Notes under the pieces: generated by a model | What the model saw: the letters and a program-made list of their open reading frames with translations, nothing else | The model's database searches: none | Told to the model about the DNA's origin: nothing | Translations under genes and position numbers: made by a program | Part shown: one piece after another, positions 24,801-35,660 of the stretch | Layout: the number at the start of each line of letters is the position of its first letter | Position numbering within the stretch: the first letter of the stretch is position 1 | Source: Caecitellus pseudoparvulus | Taxonomy: Eukaryota; Protista; Bigyra: Bicosoecida | Assembly (NCBI GenBank): GCA_965644315.1 | Contig: CBFFRQ010000044.1 | Coordinates: forward strand, 62,001 to 126,000 | Direction: 5' to 3' | Length of the DNA: 64,000 nt

Positions 24801-27800
24801 ACGGCACTGCCAGCGGCATGTGCCTCGGCAGGCGCGAAGCGCGTGCCCTTGGCAGGTGCCGTGCTGAGCTGGGCTCCCAGCGCCGTGTTGCCGTGGTACA
24901 GCGTCGCGCGCACAGTGACTTTGTGTGCGCCAAACGCCAGCATGCCCCGACTGGGCGCCGGCAGGTCCTGCACGCCCAGCACGCGCAGGGAGAAGGGCTG
25001 GGACATGCTGGCAGTGGGCACGCCCTGGCGCCCGCTCTGCAGAGACACCTCCGCCTGGCGTAGGGCCATGACCTGCCCCAACTGGGACCCCATCGCCGCC
25101 AACAGCTCCTCGTCCTCTGCGTCAAAGGCCTGCCCCCCCCGCTTGTTCAGCACCTGCAGCACGGCGACACTGCGGGCGCCGGCGCTGGCGGAGGACTTGC
25201 CCACCTTGCGCGGAGAGGAGGGGGGGTGGCCCTGGGCGGCGGGGGTGCGAGGCACGCTGGGCGCCACCACGGATGCCGACCGCAGCGCGCTGAGACCCCA
25301 CCCCCTCCAGCTGTGCAGGGAGGAGGCCCCGGCGCCGTCCTGCAGCTGGGCCAAGGAGGCATTGGAGCGCTCCAGGGCATTGTCCATGATGGGCATGGCC
25401 AGCAGGGAGCGTGTGCGGTAGCCTGTCTTGGCGTCGAACTCCTTGTTGAACCGGGGGTCTTCGTACACGTCCTCGATGGCCTCGGGGCAGCAGGAGACGG
25501 CGACGGCCCCCGCGATGCCGGAGATGGGCATGGTGATACCGGGTCCCCCCGTGGCCAGGCGCAGGGTCATGGTGCCGGCGGCGTGGTCAATGAAGAACAA
25601 CCCCACCCGGTCCGCCTGGAACATGCTGTACGCCACTGAAATCAGGCGCTCGATGATGTCATCCACCGCCAGCTCAGGGCTGAAGCACGCCATCATGGCT
25701 TGCAGGGACTGCAGGCCGCTGGCCAACTCCAACTGCCGGGAGGGGGCGCTCAGCGCACCACGGTGCATGAGCAGGTACCCATCCACCAGGTCCCTGAACT
25801 GGGTGATGTGGGCACGCAGGGTCGTCTCGGCGGCGTCCAGGCGGCTACTGTACCCCTGCGCATGGGCCACGAGGGCTTTGTGCACGGGGCCCCCTGCCAG
25901 AACACTGAAGAACACCTCTGCCGGAATGCGCAGCAGGCGTGTGACGGTATTCCCCGCCGCAGCCACAGTGGCCACCCGACGCCCCGTGAGGGGGATGGTG
26001 AGGGGGGCCTCCGGCTCGGCTGACCCCCCCCCCGCCCGCAGCTCCCGCCGGGACGCCTGTGCGGCCAGGATGGCGTTGGCGTACGACTTCAGCAGGGAGC
26101 GCTCCCCGAAGAAATCTCCGGGGGTCAACAGCGCCACGGAGCGCGTGCTGCGACCAGACGGCGTCGCACCGCGACCTGCCAGCTCCGGCGCAGCCAGGGA
26201 CCGCTTGTCCAGCCCAGGCGTGTGGGGTGTGGGGGGGGGCGCCCATCGTGCCAGCACCTCCTCCGCCCTGGATGCGGGGGGGGCGTCAGGGGGGAGTCGT
26301 GCCGCCGGCTCCAGGTCCAGCGGCGCCACGTTGGCCTTGTTGTTCTTGCGGAACACGCTGGCCTTGCCGGAGTACAGCAGGTACATGCCGTCCCCCAGGG
26401 CACCCCGCCGCACCACCACCTCCCCCGGAGCGCGCTCCTCCACCTCCACCCCCTCCACCAGCGCCTGCAGCGCGGCTTCATCCAGGGAGTGGAACAGCGG
26501 CAGGGACCGTAGGAAGTCTTCCACCTCCTCCTCCGCCAGCACCGCCTGGCCTGGCGGGGCGGGGGGGCGGCCCACCTCCTCAGCGGGCGGGAGGAAGTAA
26601 CGCACCGTGGACATGACTCCCGACACAGCCTTCTCCAGGGCGAGGGGGGATGTGGGGGGGGGTGAGGGGGGGGTGGTGCCGCCGGTGATGCGCTGGGAGT
26701 GTGGGGGTGTGGGGGGGGGCCACCGGGGGCTGTCACCGGCTCGCCCCCCTCCTCACTGCTGGCGCTGCTGCCGCCCACTGACTCCACCTCCACCTCCACC
26801 ACTGACTCCGAGTCACTGCCTGCAGACCCCGCGAAGGTGAAGGCTGATGGGGGCTTGGGCTGCAGGGGGGGGGGCGGTGCCGCCACCCGAGCAGGGGGGG
26901 GGGGAGGGGGGGGGGATGCCCGACCCCGCACCCCCCCTCCCGGGGACCCCAACGTCTCCGGCGCCTGGCGTGTGAAGGTCACACTTCGCCCTGCCGTGGT
27001 GCGGGCGGGAGGGGGGGGCTGTGGCGCGGCACCCCCCTCCCCCCCCTCCTCCTCCTCCTCCTCCACGGAGATATCCCGCTCTGAGGTGGGGACTGACAGT
27101 TCCCGAGGCGAGGTGGGCGGAGCACTGCCGCTGCCTGCCGTCATGACAGACACGTCTCGGAAGCTCTCGTCTCGCAGGCTCGCATCCTGGCTCCCGCCTT
27201 CGCTCTCGCCACGCGGGTCACCCACGGGCGCCCCGAGCGTGGCGCGGCGGCCTGCCAGAGGGGCGGTGGCTGCAGTCTCCTCCCTGGCCCGTGCCTGGCG
27301 GGGGGGTGGAGGGGGGGTCAACGCAGGCACTGCACGCACACCCTCCTCCACCCCCTCTCCACGCCTGGAGGGGGGGTGCGCTTGGGGGTCCGTGCCAGCG
27401 CCATCTACAGACGCAGTCTCAACGTCTGAGGCGGCGTCGCTGGGTTTGGCGCCCTTGCTCTCGCTGTACGACAGGCGTGTCTGTGGCCCAGGGTGCGGTG
27501 GGCCAGACGCCTCTGCTTCGGCTGCGTGTAACGCTCGTAACGCCGCCGCACCGCCCTTTCGGGGCGTGGGCGAGCTGGACAGGGTTTCGATGAGAGCCCG
27601 TGCCCTGGCTTGGGGTGTGTGGGGGGCTGGGCGTCGAGGGGACGTGCCGTGGGGCCCTTTCCGCAGCCGGTCGATGGCGGAGTTGCGGCCGCCCCCAGCT
27701 GGCAGCAGGCGTTTCACGCCAGAATGCACGTTGCGAGCTGAGCGCGGGGGCGTCTCGGCAGCAGACCCAACAGCACTTGGACTCTGAGACGTCTGCATGA

Positions 27801-28712
27801 CGTACTGTGCCATGAGCTCTGCCAGCTCGGCGTTCTGCCGGTGCAGCTTGAAATTCTCCGCTTCCAGCTTGCCCAAGCGCTCCTCCAACGCCGCCGCAGC
27901 TTCGGCACTGCGCCCCGCCGCCGGCGGCGTGGCATGCTGAAGAACGGAGCGAAGCTTGTCAAAGGCCGGCGAAGAGGTGGCGTCCCCCTGCACCCCTGCC
28001 ACCGGCTGCTGTGCCGACACCACCTGTGCGGCAACTTGCTGCGTTGCCGCGGCGTGCTGTGCTAGCTGCCGGCGCAGCTCCTGAATCCACTCCTGCTGCC
28101 CGGCGATCTGGTGCTTCAGCAGGTTGATCTCTGCAGCACTCGCGCCTGTGTCCTGGGTCGGTGTGGAGGCCGGCTCCTGCCGTGCAGCGTGGGCTTCTGC
28201 CAGCTGCCGCCGCAACGCCGACACACGGCTCTCCGCTTCACGCAGGAGCGACACCGCCTCACCAAGCATGTGCTCTCGGGAAGACAGCGTGCGCTCCAGC
28301 TGCCCAATGCGTCGCAGGAGCATGGGCCGAGAAGACTCCCTGCCCTCCTCCAGCAAATGCCGGTGCACTGGCGTGCGTGGCTGTGTCGCCGCCGCTGTTG
28401 GCGCCGGCCGCCGTCTGCTGCAGTGCACTTGGGCCGGCGAAGTGGCACGCGAACGAACGCCGGCAACCTGCGCAGGAGGGGACACGCCAGGTTGTGCGGG
28501 AAGGGAGAACACAGACATGAATAACAGTCGTCACACACCTCGCGCGTGGAGAATGCCTGGGCGCTGGCCGCACGGGGCGCCGTGCCCGCGTGCCGTGCTG
28601 GGCGGGCGTTGGCCCGCTGTCGCTGCGACGGCACCGGCGCTGACGGCGAGCGCCACGGCGCAGCGCTGGGGCTGGCATACCGCAGGGCGTATGGAGGCGA
28701 TGATGCGTCCAT
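21848..28712 (-). CDS. Class I-type phosphoinositide 3-kinase with cNMP-binding, GAF, C2, PIK-helical and kinase domains; probable N-terminal coiled-coil/Pro-rich extension (26.7-28.7 kb)
   Basis: Kinase: [113 protein letters not shown]. The join to the upstream ORF is inferred (core 21848-26626 is secure). Confidence 0.88.
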
Positions 28713-29020
28713 GCCAATGGCAGCCGCTGCCGCTTGCTCACTGCGCAGGGCCCCTCGCCGCTACTCGGCGAGGCACAAACTGACGAAGCAGCGAGCCTTC
28801 TTCCCCGCAGGCAGGCTGCAATGTAGGGAGTGCGTGGCGCATGGGCGGCAGGAACGCGGCAAGGGGTACATCCTGCATCGTTGGCCTGCATTTTCCCAAG
28901 TGCCACATGTAAATTGCAGTGGCGCGCGCGCTGAGCAGCGCCTGCCAGGGGTGTGGTGCGAAGCTGCCGGCTGGCACACCGACGAGCAAGCAAGCAGCAC
29001 ACGTGACACCCCCCCCCCTC

Positions 29021-30541
29021 TCACCGCGCCGTCTCCTCACGCAGCAGCTCAGCCAGCCCGGCCGTTGCCGTCTGCATCTGCTCAGGTGTGGCGGTGCTGA
29101 AGGCGGCACGGACGTGGGGCGACGTGGTGCCGCGGGGGAAGAAGGAGGAGCCGGGCACCATGAGAAATTTCTTGGCCGCCGCCTTTTCCTCAATCAGCGT
29201 CGTGGTGTCGGAAACGCCCAGGCACTCCATCCACACGAACATGCCGGCAGAGGGGCGTGTGTACCGCGCCAGGTCGGGCAGGCCTGCAGCCTCTGCTGCG
29301 CTCATGAACGCGTCACACTGGGACGCGTAGAAACGCACCACCTCCTGCAAGTGCCCGTCCAGACCGCCCAGCGCAGAGGTGTCACTCTCCCCCACTCCCC
29401 AGTGCTGGAACAGGGCCAGCACAGCTGCTTGCGACACACCGCTGGGGTGCAGGCAGCTGGACTGTGATGCGAGGTTGATGTTGTCCAGCAGCGCTGGCGG
29501 ACCAGACACCACCCCCACGCGCAGGCCTGACGAGAGCACCTTGGAGAAGGAGTCGAAACGCAGCACGCGGCCGTCGGTGTCCCGGCTCAGCAGGCTGCGG
29601 CTGCGTGTGGGCGCGTACTGCAGGAAGTAGTACGGGTCATCCTCAAGCACCAAGCAGTCGTGCTGCGCTGCGATGCCCAGCAACGCATCACGGCGCCCCT
29701 CCTCCAGGCTCGCGCCAGTGGGGTTGCTGCCTGTGGGGATGGTGTAAATGACACGCGGCTTGGGCTTGCCCGGATGACTCGCCTCCCAGCCCTCCAGGCA
29801 CGCTTGCAACGCGTCAGTGTCCATGCCGCCGCCGTCTGTCGGCACAGTGACTAGTTTGACTCCCATGGGCTCCAACGCCGCCAAGCTGCCAGAGTACGTG
29901 GGCGCCTCCACAATCAGGCTGTCCCCCTCACTCAGCAGCATGGCAAAGGCCTTGGACAGCAGGTCCTGAGAGCCCGTCCCCACTGCCAGGCTGAGAGGCC
30001 GCTCGCCCAGGCCGTGCTCAGACCGCTGCACCGCCTCCAGCCGCTGCAGGAGCTCAGGCAGGCCACTGTGCAGGGGACGGCGGTGTGTGGGCGAGCATGG
30101 TTCATAGTTTGCATGGCCAGGCGCTTCCCTGCGCGCCAGCTGCGACGCACGGTGTGTTGGAGTACTGCAGCGCAGCGGCCACCGCTGCATCGTCCAGCTG
30201 CAACTGCGTGCCGTCGGCCAGCGTGAAAGACATGCCGGTGAAGGGGAAGAGCTTGGGGTTGGGCATGCCGCCGCCTAGGGAGATCATGCCAGGTGTTGCA
30301 AGCAGCGGCTGTGGGAGTGGGGGAGGACCCGCAGGGCGGCGTGCATGCGCGGCATGCCTCGGCTGTGGCGGGCCAAATTCCGCACCTGCAGCCGCCGAAT
30401 GGGCGACGGCCTGCGCCCCCGAGCCAGCTTCGTCAGCCACGGCGTGTAGTCTGAAATTGTGGCCATGGTGGCCCGTTGTGGTGGGCACCCTGGCGTGTTT
30501 GCGATGAGGGTGCGCACGCTGCGTGCTGCAACGGACGCCAT
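29021..30541 (-). CDS. AADAT: PLP-dependent class I aminotransferase (2-aminoadipate/kynurenine aminotransferase II-like), multi-exon
   Basis: RRPSPIR, MISLGGGMPNP, ALQYS, YTIPTGSNPTG, LEDDPYYFLQY, RFDSFSKVLSSGLRVG. Confidence 0.88.
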
Positions 30542-30704
30542 GTCGGGCGGCGTGGTGAGCGCAGCTGAAGAAGCACTGGTGCGTGCTCGTGAGGCGAAGG
30601 GATGCGGGCGGCTGCAGCGCGCAGACACGTCAAGCGCAGGTGGCAGAGGTTTGAATGTGGACGCGTGCCCCATGCCGGCGCCGTGCAGCCTGCATTGCGC
30701 CCAC

Positions 30705-31509
30705 CTACGCCTGGCTCTGCGGCGCACTGCCTGCCGTGCGAGGGCTCTTGGCAGACCGCTCTGGCGCTGCGTCCGCCGGAGGTGCGTCGCCCTTGGGCAG
30801 AGCGCGCTTGGCGCCGCCCGTGGCCGCACCCCGTGTCGCGCCAGCGGACGCAAGAGTCACCGTGGCTGCCGCTGCTGCTGCCAGGAAACGCTCCCGCTCC
30901 AGCTCGCGGGCTGCACGCCCCACCGCCACGTCAGCGGGGTGCGGCAGGCTGGCTGTGGGGCGCACCATCTCCCCGCCTGGCCCCGTGGAGTCCATGAGCT
31001 CGGGCCACGCCAGGGCAAGGTAGGCTTGCAAGTCAGCTGGGCTGGCGGCAGTGGTGCCCTGCGCCCGAGCACCCTGGCGCCGGCTGACTGCCATGGCCGA
31101 CTTGCAAATGCCCTGCACGATGTGCTTGACGGTGTCGTGGATCATCTGCCGCGGAGAGGGCGGGGAGGGGGGTTCATGCCGCTGCGAGCTGCCGTGCCAG
31201 CGCCAGCACCTCGCACCTCCACAGCCGTCTCGTCAATGCTACCACCAGGAAACACTTCCTGTGTGAGGGGAGGGGCACAGGGCAGCTGCCTGGCACAGAC
31301 AGGCTGTGCCGATGCGTGCAGCAATGCCCACCTGCTGCATGCGCTTGATGTCCTGACGCCAGTCGCTGCCGTCCGCCTGTGAGGTTCAGCATGCGGGTGT
31401 GCTGGTGTTGTGCCGGGTCTGACGTTGGAGGGCCACGCACGGGCCGGGAGGGTGCCGTGTGGCCGGAGCTGCCGCCCATGACGGGCTTTGACAGGTCCAG
31501 GCCATCCAT
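30705..31509 (-). CDS. Histone-fold protein, TAF12/H2B-like (4 exons)
   Basis: Spliced DWRQDIKRMQQ-EVFPGGSIDETAVE-MIHDTVKHIVQGICKSAMAVSRRQG...SPADLQAYLALAW follows the TAF12 pattern (EVxP..DE..EM...D.Q..L...W). Confidence 0.62.
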
Positions 31510-31798
31510 GGTGGCGCTTCGGCAGGGTGGGCGAGGCAGCAGGCGTCGGACGCAGGCGAAGGCGGCGGGCGGAGTTTCGTGCACGTTTCAACGAGGAGCG
31601 TGCCTTGTGCGCACGGCTGCACAGGGCAGCAGACGCCTGTCAACGCCGGGCTTGCCCTGCAACAGAACATGTGCCAGTGGGCGGGGAACGCGGGATTATG
31701 TATTGTGGGGTGCGGGCAGCAGGAGGGCCTGCGTGTCAGCCACCCACGAGTGGACACGGCACAGCAAAGGAGGGTGGAGGCGGGCAACTGGAGGCTCC

Positions 31799-34700
31799 TC
31801 ACCTCTCCGGCACCTCCTCGTACAGGGACAGGGGTGGGCAGGAGCACTGCAGGTTGCGGTCGCCGTACACGTTGTCCACACGCCCCACAGTGGGCCAGTA
31901 CTTGTTGTCCTTCACCCACGGCAGCGGGTACACCGCCTGCTGGCGCGTGTAAGGGCGGTCCCACTCATCTGCCGTCACGGCCTGCGCCGTGTGGGGCGCG
32001 TGCTTCAGCGGCGAGTCCTGCACTGCGATGGTGCCGTCCATGACGTCCTGGATCTCCTGGCGGATGCTCAGCATGGCCTCCGCAAACCGGTCCAGCTCCG
32101 CCTTGTCCTCACTCTCCGTCGGCTCGATCATGAGCGTGCCGGGGACGGGCCAGGACATGGTGGGGGAGTGGAAGCCGTAATCTGCCAGGCGTTTGGCGAC
32201 GTCCTCCTCCACAATGCCGGCCTTCTTGAAGGGGCGCAGGTCCACGATGAACTCGTGCGCGACGGTGCCGTTGGGGCCCCGGTACAGGATGTCGTACCCG
32301 CTCTCCAGGCGCTTGGCAAGGTAGTTCGCTGACAAGATGGCGGTCTCGGTGCTGCGCGTGAGGCCCTCATTGCCCAGCATGCGCAGGTACATCCAGGTGA
32401 TGGGCAGGATCATGGAGCTGCCGTAGGGCGCCGCCGCCACGGCTCCACTGTTCTTCACGGGCACGTCCATGACGTGTGTGCCGTCGCCGGCTGCGGCAGC
32501 AGGCAGGCCGCTGACGTCAGGGCCGTGGGGCGTGGCACTGCTGGTGGCGTTGCCGCCCGTGGGCACGACGCTGTGGCCGGGCAGGAAGGGTGCCAGGCGG
32601 GCGTTGACGCCAATGGCGCCGACACCCGGCCCGCCGCCTCCGTGGGGGATGCAGAAGGTCTTGTGCAGGTTCAGGTGGCAGACGTCGGCGCCGATGTGGC
32701 CGGGGGACGTCAGGCCGCACTGCGCGTTCATATTGGCGCCGTCCATGTACACCATGCCGCCCTCATCGTGGATGCGCTCGCACAGCTCCGCCACGCCGTC
32801 CTCGTACACGCCGTAGGTGGAGGGGTACGTCACCATGACGGCGGCCACCTGCCCCGCGTGCTTGGCCAGCTTGGCGTCCAGGTCCTTGTTGTCGATGGCG
32901 CCGGTGGCGGGGTCGTTCTTCACCACAACCACCTTCATGCCGGCCATGACAGCGGAGGCGGGGTTGGTGCCGTGGGCAGAGGCGGGGATGAGGCAGATGT
33001 TGCGGTGCCCCTGCCCCTCCTGCTCCAGGCACTGCTTGATGGCCAACAGGCCGGCGTACTCCCCTGCCGCGCCCGAGTTGGGCTGCATGGACACGGCCTG
33101 GAAGCCCGTCACGTTGGCCAGCCACTGGGACAGCTGCTGGATCATGGTGGCGTACCCCGCCGCCTTGGCCACCGGCACGAACGGGTGCACGTCAGTGAAC
33201 TCGGGCCACGTGACGGGGGCCATTTCCGCGGCGCTGTTCAGCTTCATGGTGCACGACCCCAGCGCGATCATGGATCGCGTGAGGGACACGTCCTTCCCCG
33301 CCAGGTAGGACAGGTACCGCATCATCTGCGACTCCGTGTGGTGCGTGTTGAACACGGGGTGCGTCATGAACGAGCTCGTGCGCTGCAGGTGCCCCGCCAG
33401 CGGCGTCGCGCCCTCAGCCGCCTCCAGCACTGCAGCCTTGGGGCAGGCGCCCTCCGCCGCGCCCAGCGCCTGTGCCACCCGCCCGACGTCCTCGGGGGAC
33501 AGCGCCTCGTCCAGGGAGATGCCGAGGGTGACGTCATCCACCCGCCGGGCGTCAAAGCCCGCCTCAGACAGGGCTTGCAGGGCGATGTCTGCGGCGTGGC
33601 CCTCCACGGGTGCGCCGGGGATGACGGCGGGGTTGATGGCCACGGTGAAGGTGTCGAAGTACGTGCCATCCTCAGGCAGGACGTTGTGCCCTGCCGACCG
33701 CAGGAGGCTGGCCAGGGCGGCGGTGCGGGCGTGGATGCCGTGGGCGATGCTGCGCAGGCCAGCGGGGCCGTGGTACACGCCGTAGGCTGCAGCCATGTTG
33801 GCCAGCAGCGCCTGCGCCGTGCAGATGTTGGAGGTGGCCTTGTCGCGGCGGATGTGCTGCTCGCGCGTTTGCATGGCCATGCGCAGGGCGGGGTTGCCGG
33901 CGGAGTCCCGGGACACGCCGATGACGCGGCCGGGCATGCGGCGCATGTGGGCCTCCTTGGTGGCCAGGAAACCCGCGTGGGGGCCGCCATACCCCAGCGG
34001 CACGCCGAAGCGCTGGGCACTGCCCACGACCACGTCCGCGCCCCACTCGCCAGGGGGCGTCACGTGCGTCAGCGCCATGAGGTCGGCAGACGCGACCAGC
34101 AGGGCCCCCGCGTCGTGCACTGCGCCTGCCAGGCCCAGCAGGCCGTCCACCTCGGGGGTCCGGTGCAGGCCCGCCGGCACGAGGCTGCCGTAGGTGTTGG
34201 GGTACTGTACCAGGACGCCACAGACGTCACCAGCGGCGAGGTCCAGGGTGTCCAGAGGGCCCACCTGCACGGTGATGCCCATGGGCTTGGCCCTGCTCAG
34301 GATGACGTCGATGACTTGAGGGTGTGTGTCCTCCGCGACGAAGAAGCGGTTCTTGCCCTTGCCCGTCGCGTTGGCGGCGAGGGTCATGGCCTCGGCAGCA
34401 GCCGTGGCTTCGTCCAGGAGGGAGGCGTTGGACACCTCCATGCCCGTGAGGTCCGCCACCATGGTCTGGAAGTTCAGCAGCATCTCCAGGCGCCCCTGGC
34501 TGATCTCAGCCTGGTACGGCGTGTAGCTGGTGTACCAGTCTGGGTTCTCCGTCATGTTGCGCTGGATGACGGAGGGCAGCTTGGTGCCGTAGTACCCCAT
34601 GCCGATGAGGGACTTGGACGGCGTGTTCATGCGGGCGATGGCCTTCATCTCGGCCAACGCCTCGGACTCGGTGGCGGCTTCAGGCAGCGCCAGCGCGTCC

Positions 34701-35393
34701 CGCTTCAGGATGGAGTTGGGCACGGTGGCGTCGATGAGCTCCTCCAAGGAGGAGAAGCCGATGGTGTTCAGCATGGCCCTCACCGTGCTCTCCTCGATGG
34801 CCCCCAGGTGCCGCTTGAGGAACTGCGTGGGGGAGGGGCGTGTGCAATGAGTGGCCGGCAGCGCACGGCGTGGTGATGAAGCAGGGCACGGCGAGCCCGC
34901 GTTGTCGACCGAATGCCACTTGTTCTTCGCCCATTTCACCCAGCACGCACCGAGTCCTGCTGGACGACCTCTTCGGCAGTGAATGCAGGCCGGTGTGGGG
35001 TCACTTCACCCGCCACGTCAACCTGTGCAGGGGCAGGCAGAAAGGAATCTCAGAACTGCTGCCGTAAGTGCGGAAAACGCAGATGTGTTGCGCGCCGCGG
35101 CGCCCCACGCCGCCCCCACGCTCCAGGCGATGGGTGGAAGCCACACAAGTGTACTGTCTATGTCTCCATCACAACACCCGCGCAGCAATGGACGTACCTC
35201 GCCTGTTACGCTGGGCACTTGGCCCAGGGTGCCCGCCGCGGCGGCAGTGTGCTGGCGCTGTGCAGGAAGAGGCGAGCGCTTGAGGCATGGCAAGCGCACA
35301 GGCGGCGCCTGGAGCACCTACAGCTGCGTGTTGTGCGGCCCGTGCACTCCGGCAGGCAGCGCCCACGGCGCGGCGGCTGGCTGCAGTGAGCAT
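31799..35393 (-). CDS. GLDC: Glycine dehydrogenase (decarboxylating), glycine cleavage P protein, with mitochondrial presequence
   Basis: YTPYQAEISQGRLE, NASLLDEATAAAEAM, REQHIRRDKATSNICTAQALLAN, LGSCTMKLN, HLNLHKTFCIPHGGGGPG; N-terminal exons joined through GT-AG introns. Confidence 0.97.
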
Positions 35394-35660
35394 GGCAAGA
35401 AACGGCCTGCCTTGGCGGTGCAGAGGTGACGTCTTGTGGCAGATGCGCGCTGCCCGGCAAAGCACAAACGCGCAACGGTGCACAGGAAGACCACATGCAT
35501 GCCAAAGGTGGTAGTTTTGTGTGTTGTGAATTGGGAGTCTGGCGCACAAGTGCTGCGAGGTGCAGGGGAGGAGCCAGGCAGCCCCCCCTCGCTTCAGAAA
35601 CACTGGCCCCAGTGCCCAGAGCGCCAGAGGGTGGTGTGGACGCCCTGCTGAGGGGCCAGC

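Noticed and set aside
32474-34876. 800-aa plus-strand ORF, and many similar long antisense ORFs (e.g. 51657-53486, 22277-23560)
   Set aside because: Antisense shadows of real genes caused by high-GC codon bias; no motifs of their own
1-35393. Apparent amino-acid metabolism cluster (oxoprolinase, glycine carrier, CDO, aminotransferase, GLDC)
   Set aside because: Interspersed with unrelated genes over 35 kb and not one pathway; consistent with chance
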